Source: a virus
Direction: 5' to 3' (one strand)
Length of the DNA stretch: 64,000 bases
Virus record (IMG/VR): IMGVR_UViG_3300029787_000001
Location: 1 to 64,000 of that record
The position numbers were made by a program, and so were the translations under genes. The notes under the pieces are model-generated. The model searched no databases. It was not told the DNA's origin and saw only the letters and a list, made by a program, of their open reading frames with translations. Shown in pieces: positions 1-9,069 of the stretch (position 1 is the first letter of the stretch; each line of letters begins with the position of its first letter).

Positions 1-123
1 CTTCGCACACACGAAGGGGCACAATGGGAGATCCAAAAGGTTGCCGAGGCTTGCTTGGAGATTGCTACGGATCTGTTCCCTGTGACTGTGGGTGCTTATC
101 GTAGGATTAGGAACGAAGAATGA
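1..123 (+). CDS. thyX: Flavin-dependent thymidylate synthase, C-terminal fragment (cut by window edge)
   Basis: Frame 1 reads LRTHEGAQWEIQKVAEACLEIATDLFPVT, matching the ThyX LR..AQ.EI motif; TGA overlaps the next ATG. Confidence 0.7.
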   Translation, partial: LRTHEGAQWEIQKVAEACLEIATDLFPVTVGAYRRIRNEE

Positions 124-308
124 AAGTAGGCGACCTGATCCGTATAAAGGAAGATCCAAAATGCCGTCCCGGTCAGGAGGAGCATTTTGCTATTATTATT
201 GAAGACCTCGACAACGGCGTGTTTTGGACTTGGGCTTACTACCCAACTATAGGCAACAGGATGGCTTTTTCTGATTCCATTGAGGTGTTAAGTGAAAGTC
301 GGCGATAA
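120..308 (+). CDS. Small MKVGD-family (KOW/SH3-like) protein
   Basis: Starts MKVGDLIRIK; coupled ATGA overlap. Confidence 0.7.
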   Translation: MKVGDLIRIKEDPKCRPGQEEHFAIIIEDLDNGVFWTWAYYPTIGNRMAFSDSIEVLSESRR

Positions 309-516
309 GGTTCAGTATTGTGGCTACGGCACCCTTGGCGCAACAGGCGAGATCATAAGAGAAAAAGAAAAAACTCTTTACTATAGTAAGTGGGAACGCG
401 AAGGTGACGATAGATATTGTATGTGTTATCTTGTAAGATACACAATGCCAAACGGCAAGACTATCAACAATGTTGCGCGACCAGAAGACCTAAAACTATT
501 GGAGAACGAAGAATGA
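292..516 (+). CDS. Small MKVGD-family protein
   Basis: GTG start, MKVGDKVQY..G..G.I KOW-like pattern. Confidence 0.7.
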   Translation: MKVGDKVQYCGYGTLGATGEIIREKEKTLYYSKWEREGDDRYCMCYLVRYTMPNGKTINNVARPEDLKLLENEE

Positions 517-764
517 AAGTCGGTGATCTGATAGCTCCACAAGGAGACAACATCTTTGTTGTTTTCCAAAAGAAGTGGATTATGTCGCGCCCCCGTTATG
601 CAAGTATGGGAGCACCACCCAGTGCCGATTTTTATCCACAAAGCACCACCGAACATCGTGTTGCTGAAGTTGTGGAGGACAATCAAATCTTATTCCAAGG
701 ATTGACTTTGGGTGTTTGGCCAAGCGAAGAGTTTAAGATTACAATAATGGAGAACGAAGAATGA
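513..764 (+). CDS. Small MKVGD-family protein
   Basis: ATG at 513 after GGAGAACGAAGA; MKVGDLI (track ORF 417 is over-extended). Confidence 0.7.
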   Translation: MKVGDLIAPQGDNIFVVFQKKWIMSRPRYASMGAPPSADFYPQSTTEHRVAEVVEDNQILFQGLTLGVWPSEEFKITIMENEE

Positions 765-1123
765 AAATCGAAGGACCACTTTGGATTGAATCCAAGCCCG
801 AAGAGGGCGAATTCAGCGGCAGCACAATTTACATCCAGTTTATCTCTTTTAATGACAAAGAGATAGACTATAAAAATCCCCACCACGCAGCAAAGGTTAT
901 GAGTGCCATGCTAACACCGAATGATGTAGAGACGATGGGCGACAAAGACCCAAGCTCTCTTTTCTCCACCGTTGCCACTACTCGCTGGGCAACAATCCCA
1001 GACTATTTACAGAAAAGCATAGCAGCGCTGAAGGTGTTTGGAGAAGACACAGTAGTCGCTAGGCGCCATTGGTCTCTTGAAGGCGACAACCTTGTTCCTA
1101 TTGTTGTGGAGAGGAATAAATGA
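761..1123 (+). CDS. Hypothetical protein
   Basis: 120 aa ORF, GGAG RBS, coupled on both sides. Confidence 0.7.
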   Translation: MKIEGPLWIESKPEEGEFSGSTIYIQFISFNDKEIDYKNPHHAAKVMSAMLTPNDVETMGDKDPSSLFSTVATTRWATIPDYLQKSIAALKVFGEDTVVARRHWSLEGDNLVPIVVERNK

Positions 1124-1314
1124 AAGTCGGTGACAAAATAATCCAAGTTATCCCACAGACATCAACTACCAGAATAGATGGGATAGAGGCAACAATCATA
1201 GAAGTCAAGGAAGATGGGATCATTGTTGAGTTTTTCCATCCCTACGATAAGAAGATAGTCCAGCAGTTTTGGACCAACTCTCACAAAGTAAGACTACTAG
1301 AGGAAAGCGAATGA
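1120..1314 (+). CDS. Small MKVGD-family protein
   Basis: MKVGDKII; ATGA overlap. Confidence 0.7.
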   Translation: MKVGDKIIQVIPQTSTTRIDGIEATIIEVKEDGIIVEFFHPYDKKIVQQFWTNSHKVRLLEESE

Positions 1315-1472
1315 AAGTTAAAATGATAAAAAATGATGATGAGCACTCGATTGTAATCCCCGAAGAGGTTGTCGAAATGCTTGGCTGGAAAGAAGAAACC
1401 ACCTTGAAGATTGAGGTGGGAAGAGACTTTGAATTAAATGCGACAACAATAGTGATCACGAAAAAAGGCTAA
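1311..1472 (+). CDS. AbrB/MazE-like swapped-hairpin DNA-binding protein
   Basis: SIVIPEEVVEMLGWKEETTLKIEV fits the AbrB pattern. Confidence 0.6.
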   Translation: MKVKMIKNDDEHSIVIPEEVVEMLGWKEETTLKIEVGRDFELNATTIVITKKG

Positions 1473-1495
1473 CTATTTATAGCTGGAGAACAAAA

Positions 1496-2128
1496 ATGAA
1501 AAAAGTTATAACAGAATGGAAGGAATTCCTAACAGAAAGCTCAATAAGCCGCTCCTACGAACACATGCTCAGTCACGACACTGCGTTCATTACAGCATTC
1601 CGTGACGACGCGAAGGATGTAACTAAATGCATGCCCGGTCATAGCAAGAAGTTAGAGAACTTCGAGCGCAACAGGCAATTAAAGGCTGTTCTGCTGAATA
1701 AGGGCTACGGCGTAACTGCTGTTGACGGCACTTATGTGGAGGACTTCGGTACAGAAGCAGCAAAGGAGGTCAAAGAAGACTCTTTCTTTGTTGTGAACTT
1801 GAAAGATGACCCGAAGTTCAAAGACACAATAGAGGCATTATCAGAGCATTTCTGCCAAGATTCATTCCTTTTTGTTCCTCGTGGTGGAGAAGAATCATTT
1901 CTCGTTGGCACAAATGAGGCTGACTTTCCTGGCTATGGCAATGAAGAGGCAGCAGGCGAGTTCCTTGGAGGCAAAGAAGGCGAGTTTATGACCCGCGTTG
2001 GCAAGACAAAGCGCCCTATCAGATTTGCCGAAGGTCTTGAAACCAAAGCCAAGATGCAGAACAACACTAAGTTTCTTATCTCAAAGCTTGCTAAGCAAGT
2101 GCTACAGGAGATGAAGGGGGATAGTTGA
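1496..2128 (+). CDS. Phage protein, DUF3293-like, with N-terminal WKEFLTE tag
   Basis: ITAFR...N..RN..L..L...GY..E.SFFV pattern; ACTATTTA at 1472. Confidence 0.55.
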   Translation: MKKVITEWKEFLTESSISRSYEHMLSHDTAFITAFRDDAKDVTKCMPGHSKKLENFERNRQLKAVLLNKGYGVTAVDGTYVEDFGTEAAKEVKEDSFFVVNLKDDPKFKDTIEALSEHFCQDSFLFVPRGGEESFLVGTNEADFPGYGNEEAAGEFLGGKEGEFMTRVGKTKRPIRFAEGLETKAKMQNNTKFLISKLAKQVLQEMKGDS

Positions 2129-3015
2129 ACCCTTACTACGACGAAATCGTAGTTGGCTCCTCCCTCCGCGCCCTTTTGTTTGCTGCTCTCAACGACTTCC
2201 CTGTGTTCTTTACAACACCAGAGAAACCACACCAGTTTGAGCACTTTCCGACATCTGTTGACTTGTCCAGTTGGGGTCTTCACAACGAGCCTCAGCTTTG
2301 GATGACACCCGCCGGAGAAAAGGCGACAGGACAATCTAAGATTGCACTATGGGAGCACTTGTTGTTTGTTCTTGGACTCAAGGGGCTCGCACCTTTCTCT
2401 GATTTATGTAGCTCACTGCGCATTAATGAAAACAAGTTGACAGGTCACACCGACTATGGTAAGCTAAGAACAATAGAATTTGGTGTGTGTCATTATTTTG
2501 ATGAGCGCGCCACTTATAACCTTTTATCTTGCGAGGATAGCCCCAAGACCTACCAAGTCTACGACACGCTTGCCTTCACAAGAGGTGGTAAACACCATCT
2601 TGATTTGTTGGAAAGCAACGACGAATTTTGTAACAAGATTTGGTTTTATCTCTCACCCAGAATCGATGGCAGGGTGCCTGTCAAAGACGCCTGTGTGCTC
2701 TCGATTTTAACAGACGACCAGATAGACGACTTTGATTTTTCGGAGACCATAGTGCGGCTCACAGCCGTCAGCAAGATGAAGGAACTAGGTCTGAGAGGAC
2801 CAAAAAATGGATGGCAAACAGATGGAACGAGAAGATACAGAAGCTTCAAGGTTGAAGCGCTCAATCGTGATAAATTCCTATCATCTCCTCCAGTTTGGCT
2901 GGAGGCAGATTCGATCAAAGTTCCGAAGATTACTGAAGAAGCACTTCTCCTACAACTCCCCGACATAGCAAGAGTGCAAAAAAGAATTCTGGAGCCATTA
3001 TGGCAAAACATTTAG
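2125..3015 (+). CDS. Hypothetical protein, degenerate Rossmann-like N-terminus
   Basis: 296 aa; IVVGSSLRALLFAA resembles an eroded GxGxxG start. Confidence 0.6.
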   Translation: MNPYYDEIVVGSSLRALLFAALNDFPVFFTTPEKPHQFEHFPTSVDLSSWGLHNEPQLWMTPAGEKATGQSKIALWEHLLFVLGLKGLAPFSDLCSSLRINENKLTGHTDYGKLRTIEFGVCHYFDERATYNLLSCEDSPKTYQVYDTLAFTRGGKHHLDLLESNDEFCNKIWFYLSPRIDGRVPVKDACVLSILTDDQIDDFDFSETIVRLTAVSKMKELGLRGPKNGWQTDGTRRYRSFKVEALNRDKFLSSPPVWLEADSIKVPKITEEALLLQLPDIARVQKRILEPLWQNI

Positions 3016-3884
3016 CAGGCGTCATTCCACTGGCAAACTTTGATGACAACTATAAGTTGCCTTATGATTCTTTTATGCTTCCTATTCAAAATGACTTCAC
3101 TCTCATTCAGAAGTCTGTGTTTGAATGTGCGATGGCAGGATGCTCTACTATTTGGATTGTCGCCAATGATGATCTAGCCCCGATAGTCAAGAAACACATA
3201 GGTGAATGGGTTTATGATCCAGTCTATTTTTGGGACAACTACATAAACAATCACATCGTCCAGCGAAGAACCCACATTCCCATTTACTATGTGCCTATCC
3301 TACCAAAAGACCGAGACAAGCGTGATAGTTATGGCTGGTCTGCCCTGTTTGGGATGCACTCCGCGTGGTGGGTTTCTTACAGAATCTCAAAATGGATAGT
3401 TCCAAAGAAATACTTTGTTTCATTTCCTCATAATGCCTATGATTATTGGTGTTTGCGAGAACATAGAAAAGACCTGTTTAACACCACTAAGAACTTTTTC
3501 TTTACTCACGAGGGCAAAACGATTAAGGACAACCTACCTATTCCTTTCACTATGCGCGGCGAAGACTTTATCCAGTGTCGCAGGGAGGTAAACAAGCTGA
3601 CAACTCGTGATCATTACCCGCTCGGTCCCAACGAGACTTGGCGAGACCTGAAGAAGATGCCAAAGGAAGAGCGCTGGTCAGCACAGCACTTTGATCTGGC
3701 AACAATCTTTGACAAGGTGACTGAGAAAAACTGCTTCCGCCAGGAACTCGACTGGTTCTATGATCTCAGAGAGTGGGATGGCTACCGCGCTTACCTCGCG
3801 TCAGATAATGCTGTGAGATCGCCCAACTGGCGCTTGACTAAGCCGCACCAACTGAATAGATTATGTCAGGAGGAAGAGGAATGA
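3000..3884 (+). CDS. Divergent NTP-transferase-like (sugar-phosphate nucleotidyltransferase fold) protein
   Basis: AGVIPLA...MLPI...LIQKSVFECAMAGCSTIWIV; GxGTR motif absent. Confidence 0.55.
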   Translation: MAKHLAGVIPLANFDDNYKLPYDSFMLPIQNDFTLIQKSVFECAMAGCSTIWIVANDDLAPIVKKHIGEWVYDPVYFWDNYINNHIVQRRTHIPIYYVPILPKDRDKRDSYGWSALFGMHSAWWVSYRISKWIVPKKYFVSFPHNAYDYWCLREHRKDLFNTTKNFFFTHEGKTIKDNLPIPFTMRGEDFIQCRREVNKLTTRDHYPLGPNETWRDLKKMPKEERWSAQHFDLATIFDKVTEKNCFRQELDWFYDLREWDGYRAYLASDNAVRSPNWRLTKPHQLNRLCQEEEE

Positions 3885-4057
3885 AAATCGGTGATCTGGT
3901 AAAACACAGAGACTATCCTTGGTGCTTTGGTGTAGTTCTCTCTTATGATGAGTTCGGGACTAACACTATCAGGTGGCTAACCACCGACACCCCCACGAGA
4001 AGAGGTGCGATTAGCAAACACAACTATCGGATCCTCAAACTACTATCGGAGGCATAA
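3881..4057 (+). CDS. Small MKVGD-family protein
   Basis: MKIGDLVKH; ATG 3881. Confidence 0.7.
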   Translation: MKIGDLVKHRDYPWCFGVVLSYDEFGTNTIRWLTTDTPTRRGAISKHNYRILKLLSEA

Positions 4058-4263
4058 TGAAAGTCGGTGATTTGGTGAGAACCAAGAAGATGTATATTAT
4101 AATGGTAACAGGGGACCTACACCAGACTAATAAATCACTCACACCAAAAATAGACGGGTTCGTCATAGAAAGTTACAACAGAGACGCTAAGGTGTCTTTT
4201 CCTAGTTTGGGCCACATCTCAACATTTCAGAAAACAGATCTCAAACTACTATCGGAGGCATAA
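4057..4263 (+). CDS. Small MKVGD-family protein
   Basis: MKVGDLVRT; ends with the same 27 nt as the previous gene. Confidence 0.7.
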   Translation: MKVGDLVRTKKMYIIMVTGDLHQTNKSLTPKIDGFVIESYNRDAKVSFPSLGHISTFQKTDLKLLSEA

Positions 4264-4280
4264 TGACCACAAGAAAGTGC

Positions 4281-4309
4281 TTGCGCCCACCGCCCTGCCG
4301 TGTTACATT
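4281..4309 (+). promoter_or_regulatory. sigma70-type promoter upstream of dnaE
   Basis: TTGCGC-N17-TACATT. Confidence 0.55.
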
Positions 4310-4358
4310 ATGAATGTAAGCAGCGGCACTGACGCCCCCTACCGACGAAGGACACAGA

Positions 4359-7300
4359 ATGACTGAGAGAACACAGAGCAAGATCAAGTTTGTCGGGCTA
4401 CACGCCCACAGCGTAGCGGGGTCTATCTTCGATGGGCTCGGCTTCCCACAAGACCACATGGACTTCGCCTACCAGAATGGGATGGATGCGCTCGCGCTCA
4501 CTGACCACGGCAACCAGAATGGTCTAGCCTATCAGGTGCTACACGCCAAGAAGATGAAGGCAGAAGGAAAGAACTTCAAGCCAATCTTTGGCTGTGAGGC
4601 TTACTTTATTCCCTCAATCGAGGAGTGGAAAGAAGAGTATGAACAGACAATGCTCGATAAGAAGAAGGCACGAGCAGCAAAGAAGGCTGGCGCGTCTGGT
4701 GCCACTGTCGAAGACGAAGGCGCGAGCAAGGGCAAGAGTAACAGCATTCTACGCCGCCGCCGCCATCTCGTGCTTCTAGCACAGAACCAGAAGGGACTCA
4801 ACAATCTTTTCAAGCTTGTGTCCGAGAGCTACAAAGACGAGAACTTCTACCGCTATCCACGAATGGATTACAAGATGCTCAAGGAGCACGGTGAAGGCAT
4901 TATCGCTTCGTCTGCTTGTCTTGGCGGTGTCTACGCTGGCAACTACTGGGAGAATAGAGATGAAGGACCCGAGGCAGTCCTCAACGCTATGCGTGAGACA
5001 ACTGAAAGAATGGTTGATGTGTTTGGTGATCGCTGGCACGGCGAGATCCAGTGGAACAATGTCCCAGAACAGCACGAACTAAACAAGTTTGTTATTCAGG
5101 TTTGTGATGAGTTCGGTGTTAAGGTTATCTCAACCGCAGACTCACACTATCCAAGCCGTGACGCTTGGAAGGACCGCGAACTCTACAAGCGACTTGGTTG
5201 GCTTGGCAAGGGACGCCCCCAGTGGGCTGACACCGAAAGCGAACTGCCCATCTCTGTTGAAGAGATCGGCTATGAGCTTTATCCCAAGAATGGCGACGAG
5301 ATGTGGGAGAGCTACAAGAGTTACTCGGACATGTGCAAGGCAACTTACGACGATGAACTCGTGCTAAACAGCATTGAAGAGACTCACCGCATTGCGTTTG
5401 AGCGCATTGAAGATTTCTTGCCAGACAACACCGTTCGTCTTCCGTCGTTCGTTGTCCCGGCTGGGCACACTGCGACCGAGGCTTTGATCAAGTTCTCTAT
5501 TGAGGGCTTGAGCAAGCTTGGCTTCGCGGACAACAAAGACTATCTAATGAGACTCAAGAGCGAACTAAAGGTTATTGATGACCGAGGCTTCTCTAAGTAT
5601 TTCTTGACAATGAAAGCTATCGTTGATGTCACGGACACGATGATGCTTGCTGGTCCCGGTCGCGGCTCGGCTGCTGGCTCTCTTGTAGCTTATTGTCTTG
5701 GGATTACGCAGGTTGACCCGATCAAGTATGACCTTCTCTTCTCCCGCTTCTTGCGTTCTGATGCGAAGGACTACCCAGACATTGACTATGACATCTCCCG
5801 TCCGATGGAACTCAAGGATAAATTGATTGAGTTGTGGGGCGAGGATTGTGTTGCACCTATTTCTAACTGGAACACCCTTCAGTTGAAGTCGCTCATCAAG
5901 GACATTTCCAAGCTCTACGGTATTCCGTTTGGTGAGGTTAACTTGGTGACCAATGCAATGATCAAGGAGGCAACCCCACTTGCCAAGCAGAAGCACGGCA
6001 TCAAAGCTGGAATGTATAACCCCACTTGGCAGGAGGTGATGGAGTTCTCTGATTCGCTCAAGAACTTTTTGAACACCTACCCTGATGTTAAGACGCACGT
6101 TCAGTCACTTGTCGGGCAGGTTCGCTCTTGTTCTCGCCACGCTGGTGGCGTTGTGATTGCCGAGGACCTAGACAAGTACATGCCTCTCATCAACTCTAAG
6201 GGTGTCCGACAGACGCCCTGGTCAGAGGGGCAGAATGTCAGGCATCTTGAGCCGATGGGTTTCATTAAGTTCGATCTTCTTGGGCTCTCCACTCTTGCTA
6301 TGATGGAGACTGCGATTGAGCAGATTCTAAAGCGCCACCACGGCATTGAAGAGCCCACCTTCTCACAGGTCAAGGACTTCTATGACAAGAGGCTTCATCC
6401 TGATGTGATTGATCTGAATGACCCAAAAGTCTACAAGAATGTTTTTCACAAGGGCAACTTTGTGGGCACTTTCCAGTTCACCGAGGACGGAGCCCAGAGT
6501 TTCGCAGAGAGAGCGACACCAAATAACATTATTGACATCTCTGCCATTACATCAATCTATCGACCCGGTCCCCTTTCGGCGAATGTCCACGAGGACTTTA
6601 TTGAGGCAAAGAACAGTCCGCATCTCATCAAATACTTGACGCCTGAAGTTCAAGAGATCACCGAAGAAACATTTGGTTTCTTGATCTTTCAGGAACAAAT
6701 CGCCAAGATTGCTCACGCACTGGGCAAGGACCTGTCCCTTGATGAGGGCAACTTGCTCCGCAAGCTTCTAACTAAGAAGGGCACCGGCAAGGGCTTCGAG
6801 GTTAAGGATGCTATTCACAAGAAGTTCATTACTGGTTGTGTGGAGAAGGGTATCGCAAACCGCGAAGCACAGGCTCTTTGGGAGAAGTTTGAATACTTCT
6901 CTGGCTATGGTTTCAACAAGTCCCACGCTGTGTCCTATTCTCTCATCTCTTATCAGTGTGCTTGGCTACTAACTTACTATGAAGCCGAATGGACTGCGGC
7001 TTTCCTATCAAGAGAGCCCGAGAGCAAGAAAGAGAACGCAATTAACATCGCCAAATCCCTTGGCTACCACATTCAGCCAGTCGATGTAAATACATCTGGT
7101 CGTGTGTGGGAGATCGGAGAAGACAATAAGACACTGATTCAGCCACTCACCAGCATCAAGGGCTTCGGTGACTCTGCGATGGATCAGGTGTTGAACAATC
7201 GACCATTCACAGACATCGAGGATCTCCTCTTCCGAGAGGAGATTAAATATGCTAAACTAAACAAGAAGGCACTTGATGCTCTTTGTCGAGCAGGCGCTAT

Positions 7301-7802
7301 GGACAGCCTGATGGATGACAGGTTCACAGGTCGTAAGCACTTCTGGTCAGCGTCAGTCGTAGACCGTCCAAAGACTAAGAAGAAGTTTCACGGCAACATC
7401 GATCTCTATCGTCCAGAGGGAGACTTCTCAGAGGAAGAAATCATCCAGTTCAAGACCGATCTGACTGGCGTGTTTCCGATGTCCTTGGTTGTAAGCCCAG
7501 AGATGATTCAGGATCTACGAGACAAATACATCCCACCTATCTCAGAGTTTGATGAAGGGCTACAAATCTGCTGGTTCATTCCACGCAAGATTATTCCGAA
7601 GAAGACGAAGAAGGGTAAAGACTATTGGATTCTAGAAGTGATTGATTCCAATAACGAGACAGAGAAGATTAGATGTTGGGGAGTTGATGTAAAGAAGGAC
7701 AGAATCCACATCAACCGTCCCTATCTATCACGGTTGAGTTACGATCCTAAGTGGGGCTTCTCCACTAGGTCGGTTTACAGAAACTTTAGAATGCTGGGGT
7801 AA
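4359..7802 (+). CDS. dnaE: DNA polymerase III alpha subunit (family C)
   Basis: PHP (LHAH, TDHG, ADSHY), GPGRGSAAGSLV, PDIDYD, GYGFNKSHA, C-terminal OB fold. Confidence 0.97.
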   Translation: MTERTQSKIKFVGLHAHSVAGSIFDGLGFPQDHMDFAYQNGMDALALTDHGNQNGLAYQVLHAKKMKAEGKNFKPIFGCEAYFIPSIEEWKEEYEQTMLDKKKARAAKKAGASGATVEDEGASKGKSNSILRRRRHLVLLAQNQKGLNNLFKLVSESYKDENFYRYPRMDYKMLKEHGEGIIASSACLGGVYAGNYWENRDEGPEAVLNAMRETTERMVDVFGDRWHGEIQWNNVPEQHELNKFVIQVCDEFGVKVISTADSHYPSRDAWKDRELYKRLGWLGKGRPQWADTESELPISVEEIGYELYPKNGDEMWESYKSYSDMCKATYDDELVLNSIEETHRIAFERIEDFLPDNTVRLPSFVVPAGHTATEALIKFSIEGLSKLGFADNKDYLMRLKSELKVIDDRGFSKYFLTMKAIVDVTDTMMLAGPGRGSAAGSLVAYCLGITQVDPIKYDLLFSRFLRSDAKDYPDIDYDISRPMELKDKLIELWGEDCVAPISNWNTLQLKSLIKDISKLYGIPFGEVNLVTNAMIKEATPLAKQKHGIKAGMYNPTWQEVMEFSDSLKNFLNTYPDVKTHVQSLVGQVRSCSRHAGGVVIAEDLDKYMPLINSKGVRQTPWSEGQNVRHLEPMGFIKFDLLGLSTLAMMETAIEQILKRHHGIEEPTFSQVKDFYDKRLHPDVIDLNDPKVYKNVFHKGNFVGTFQFTEDGAQSFAERATPNNIIDISAITSIYRPGPLSANVHEDFIEAKNSPHLIKYLTPEVQEITEETFGFLIFQEQIAKIAHALGKDLSLDEGNLLRKLLTKKGTGKGFEVKDAIHKKFITGCVEKGIANREAQALWEKFEYFSGYGFNKSHAVSYSLISYQCAWLLTYYEAEWTAAFLSREPESKKENAINIAKSLGYHIQPVDVNTSGRVWEIGEDNKTLIQPLTSIKGFGDSAMDQVLNNRPFTDIEDLLFREEIKYAKLNKKALDALCRAGAMDSLMDDRFTGRKHFWSASVVDRPKTKKKFHGNIDLYRPEGDFSEEEIIQFKTDLTGVFPMSLVVSPEMIQDLRDKYIPPISEFDEGLQICWFIPRKIIPKKTKKGKDYWILEVIDSNNETEKIRCWGVDVKKDRIHINRPYLSRLSYDPKWGFSTRSVYRNFRMLG

Positions 7803-7804
7803 GA

Positions 7805-8875
7805 ATGCCTACTGGTTATAAAAAAACGCAACAAGAAGCATTAGCAGAATTTCGCAAGGTTCATGGCAATCGTTATGATTACTCTAGGGTTATTTATAAA
7901 AATAACTCAAGTAAAGTAAAGATTATTTGTCCTGTTCACGGCGAGTTTGAACAGGTCCCCGGTAGTCACATAAAAGGACATGGTTGCCGAAAGTGCAGCA
8001 ATTGCAGCCCGAAAGGAACCCTTGGTGACTTAATTCGTGATTTTAGAAAAACTCACGGCAATCTTTATGATTATTCTAAAGTTAAGCTTGCCAAGTCTTC
8101 ACAAAAAGTTATAATAACTTGTAAAATTCACGGAGATTTCACTCAAAGAGTAAATTCTCACAAAGGCGGTAAAGGATGCGCGCGATGCGCAACTGAAAAA
8201 AACAGCACACTCTCAGAAGAATACAAATCTATCATAAGAGAAACAGAAAAAAGAAATAATTTTATAGAAACGAAAAATCGAGAACAGAAACAACTAAAAA
8301 AAGCCTGTGGCAATAAAAATTGTGAATTTAGAGGGAAAGAACAGCCGTTAACAAACTTTCATTTTGATAGAAGCAAAAAAGACGGACGCTGCTCAAATTG
8401 TAAAACATGCGCCACCAAAAGAACAAGATTATGGGCAAAAAATAATCCTGAAAAAGTTAAAAAGAAACAAGGCGCCCAAGACCAAGCCCGCGCCACCGCC
8501 CGAGTCGGAGCCCGCAGACACATGAAAAAAGAATTAATGTTAAAACACAATGTCTCTTCGCGAGTACGTGGCGCAATCAAAAAAACAGGAGGACACAAAG
8601 GCGGAAAAACCTTTGAAGCCCTGCCTTACACCCCGCAAGAATTGAGAGAACACATTGAGAATCAGTTTGACGAGAAGATGAATTGGGATAACCACGGAGA
8701 CTATTGGCATATAGACCACATAATTCCCCAAGCAGCGCTACCCTACAAATCATTAGAAGATGAAAACTTCCAGAAATGCTGGGATCTTAAAAATCTACGT
8801 CCTCTGGAAGCAAAAGAGAACATTAGAAAAGGCTCTCTTTATGAAGGAGAGCGACACACCTATGCTAACAAATAA
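7805..8875 (+). CDS. Free-standing HNH homing-endonuclease-like protein
   Basis: Two HG.xYDYS.V...C..HG.F.Q....H..G.GC..C repeats, Cys-rich middle, C-terminal HIDHIIP..NLRPL..EN..K; AT-rich. Confidence 0.85.
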   Translation: MPTGYKKTQQEALAEFRKVHGNRYDYSRVIYKNNSSKVKIICPVHGEFEQVPGSHIKGHGCRKCSNCSPKGTLGDLIRDFRKTHGNLYDYSKVKLAKSSQKVIITCKIHGDFTQRVNSHKGGKGCARCATEKNSTLSEEYKSIIRETEKRNNFIETKNREQKQLKKACGNKNCEFRGKEQPLTNFHFDRSKKDGRCSNCKTCATKRTRLWAKNNPEKVKKKQGAQDQARATARVGARRHMKKELMLKHNVSSRVRGAIKKTGGHKGGKTFEALPYTPQELREHIENQFDEKMNWDNHGDYWHIDHIIPQAALPYKSLEDENFQKCWDLKNLRPLEAKENIRKGSLYEGERHTYANK

Positions 8876-8886
8876 AGGAGGTAAGC

Positions 8887-9027
8887 ATGGCTATTAAGAA
8901 AGCACAGAACAACGCACCCAAGAAAAAGACTACTATTGGGAAGAGTCCGCTAACAAAGCGTAAGCAACCGGGTCCGCACGGCGGAAACAAGGGCTACAAG
9001 AAGCGTTATCGCGGTCAAGGTAAGTGA
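8887..9027 (+). CDS. Small basic phage protein (KKRYRGQGK end)
   Basis: GGAGG RBS; 46 aa read by eye. Confidence 0.65.
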   Translation: MAIKKAQNNAPKKKTTIGKSPLTKRKQPGPHGGNKGYKKRYRGQGK

Positions 9028-9033
9028 AATGAA

Positions 9034-9063
9034 GAACCCCCATTCTATTTAGAATGGGGGTTC
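9034..9063. repeat. Perfect 13-bp inverted repeat
   Basis: GAACCCCCATTCT-ATTT-AGAATGGGGGTTC. Confidence 0.9.
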
Positions 9064-9069
9064 CATGTT

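Noticed and set aside
417-512. Track-extended 5' ends (417, 1269, 3863, 9903, 16910, 19829, 22970, 33757 and others)
   Set aside because: Downstream starts have RBSs, coupling and family-consistent N-termini; the extensions overlap upstream genes
4359-7802. Intein or intron in dnaE
   Set aside because: Length is typical, no intein C/S..HN motifs, and the HNH is a separate downstream ORF
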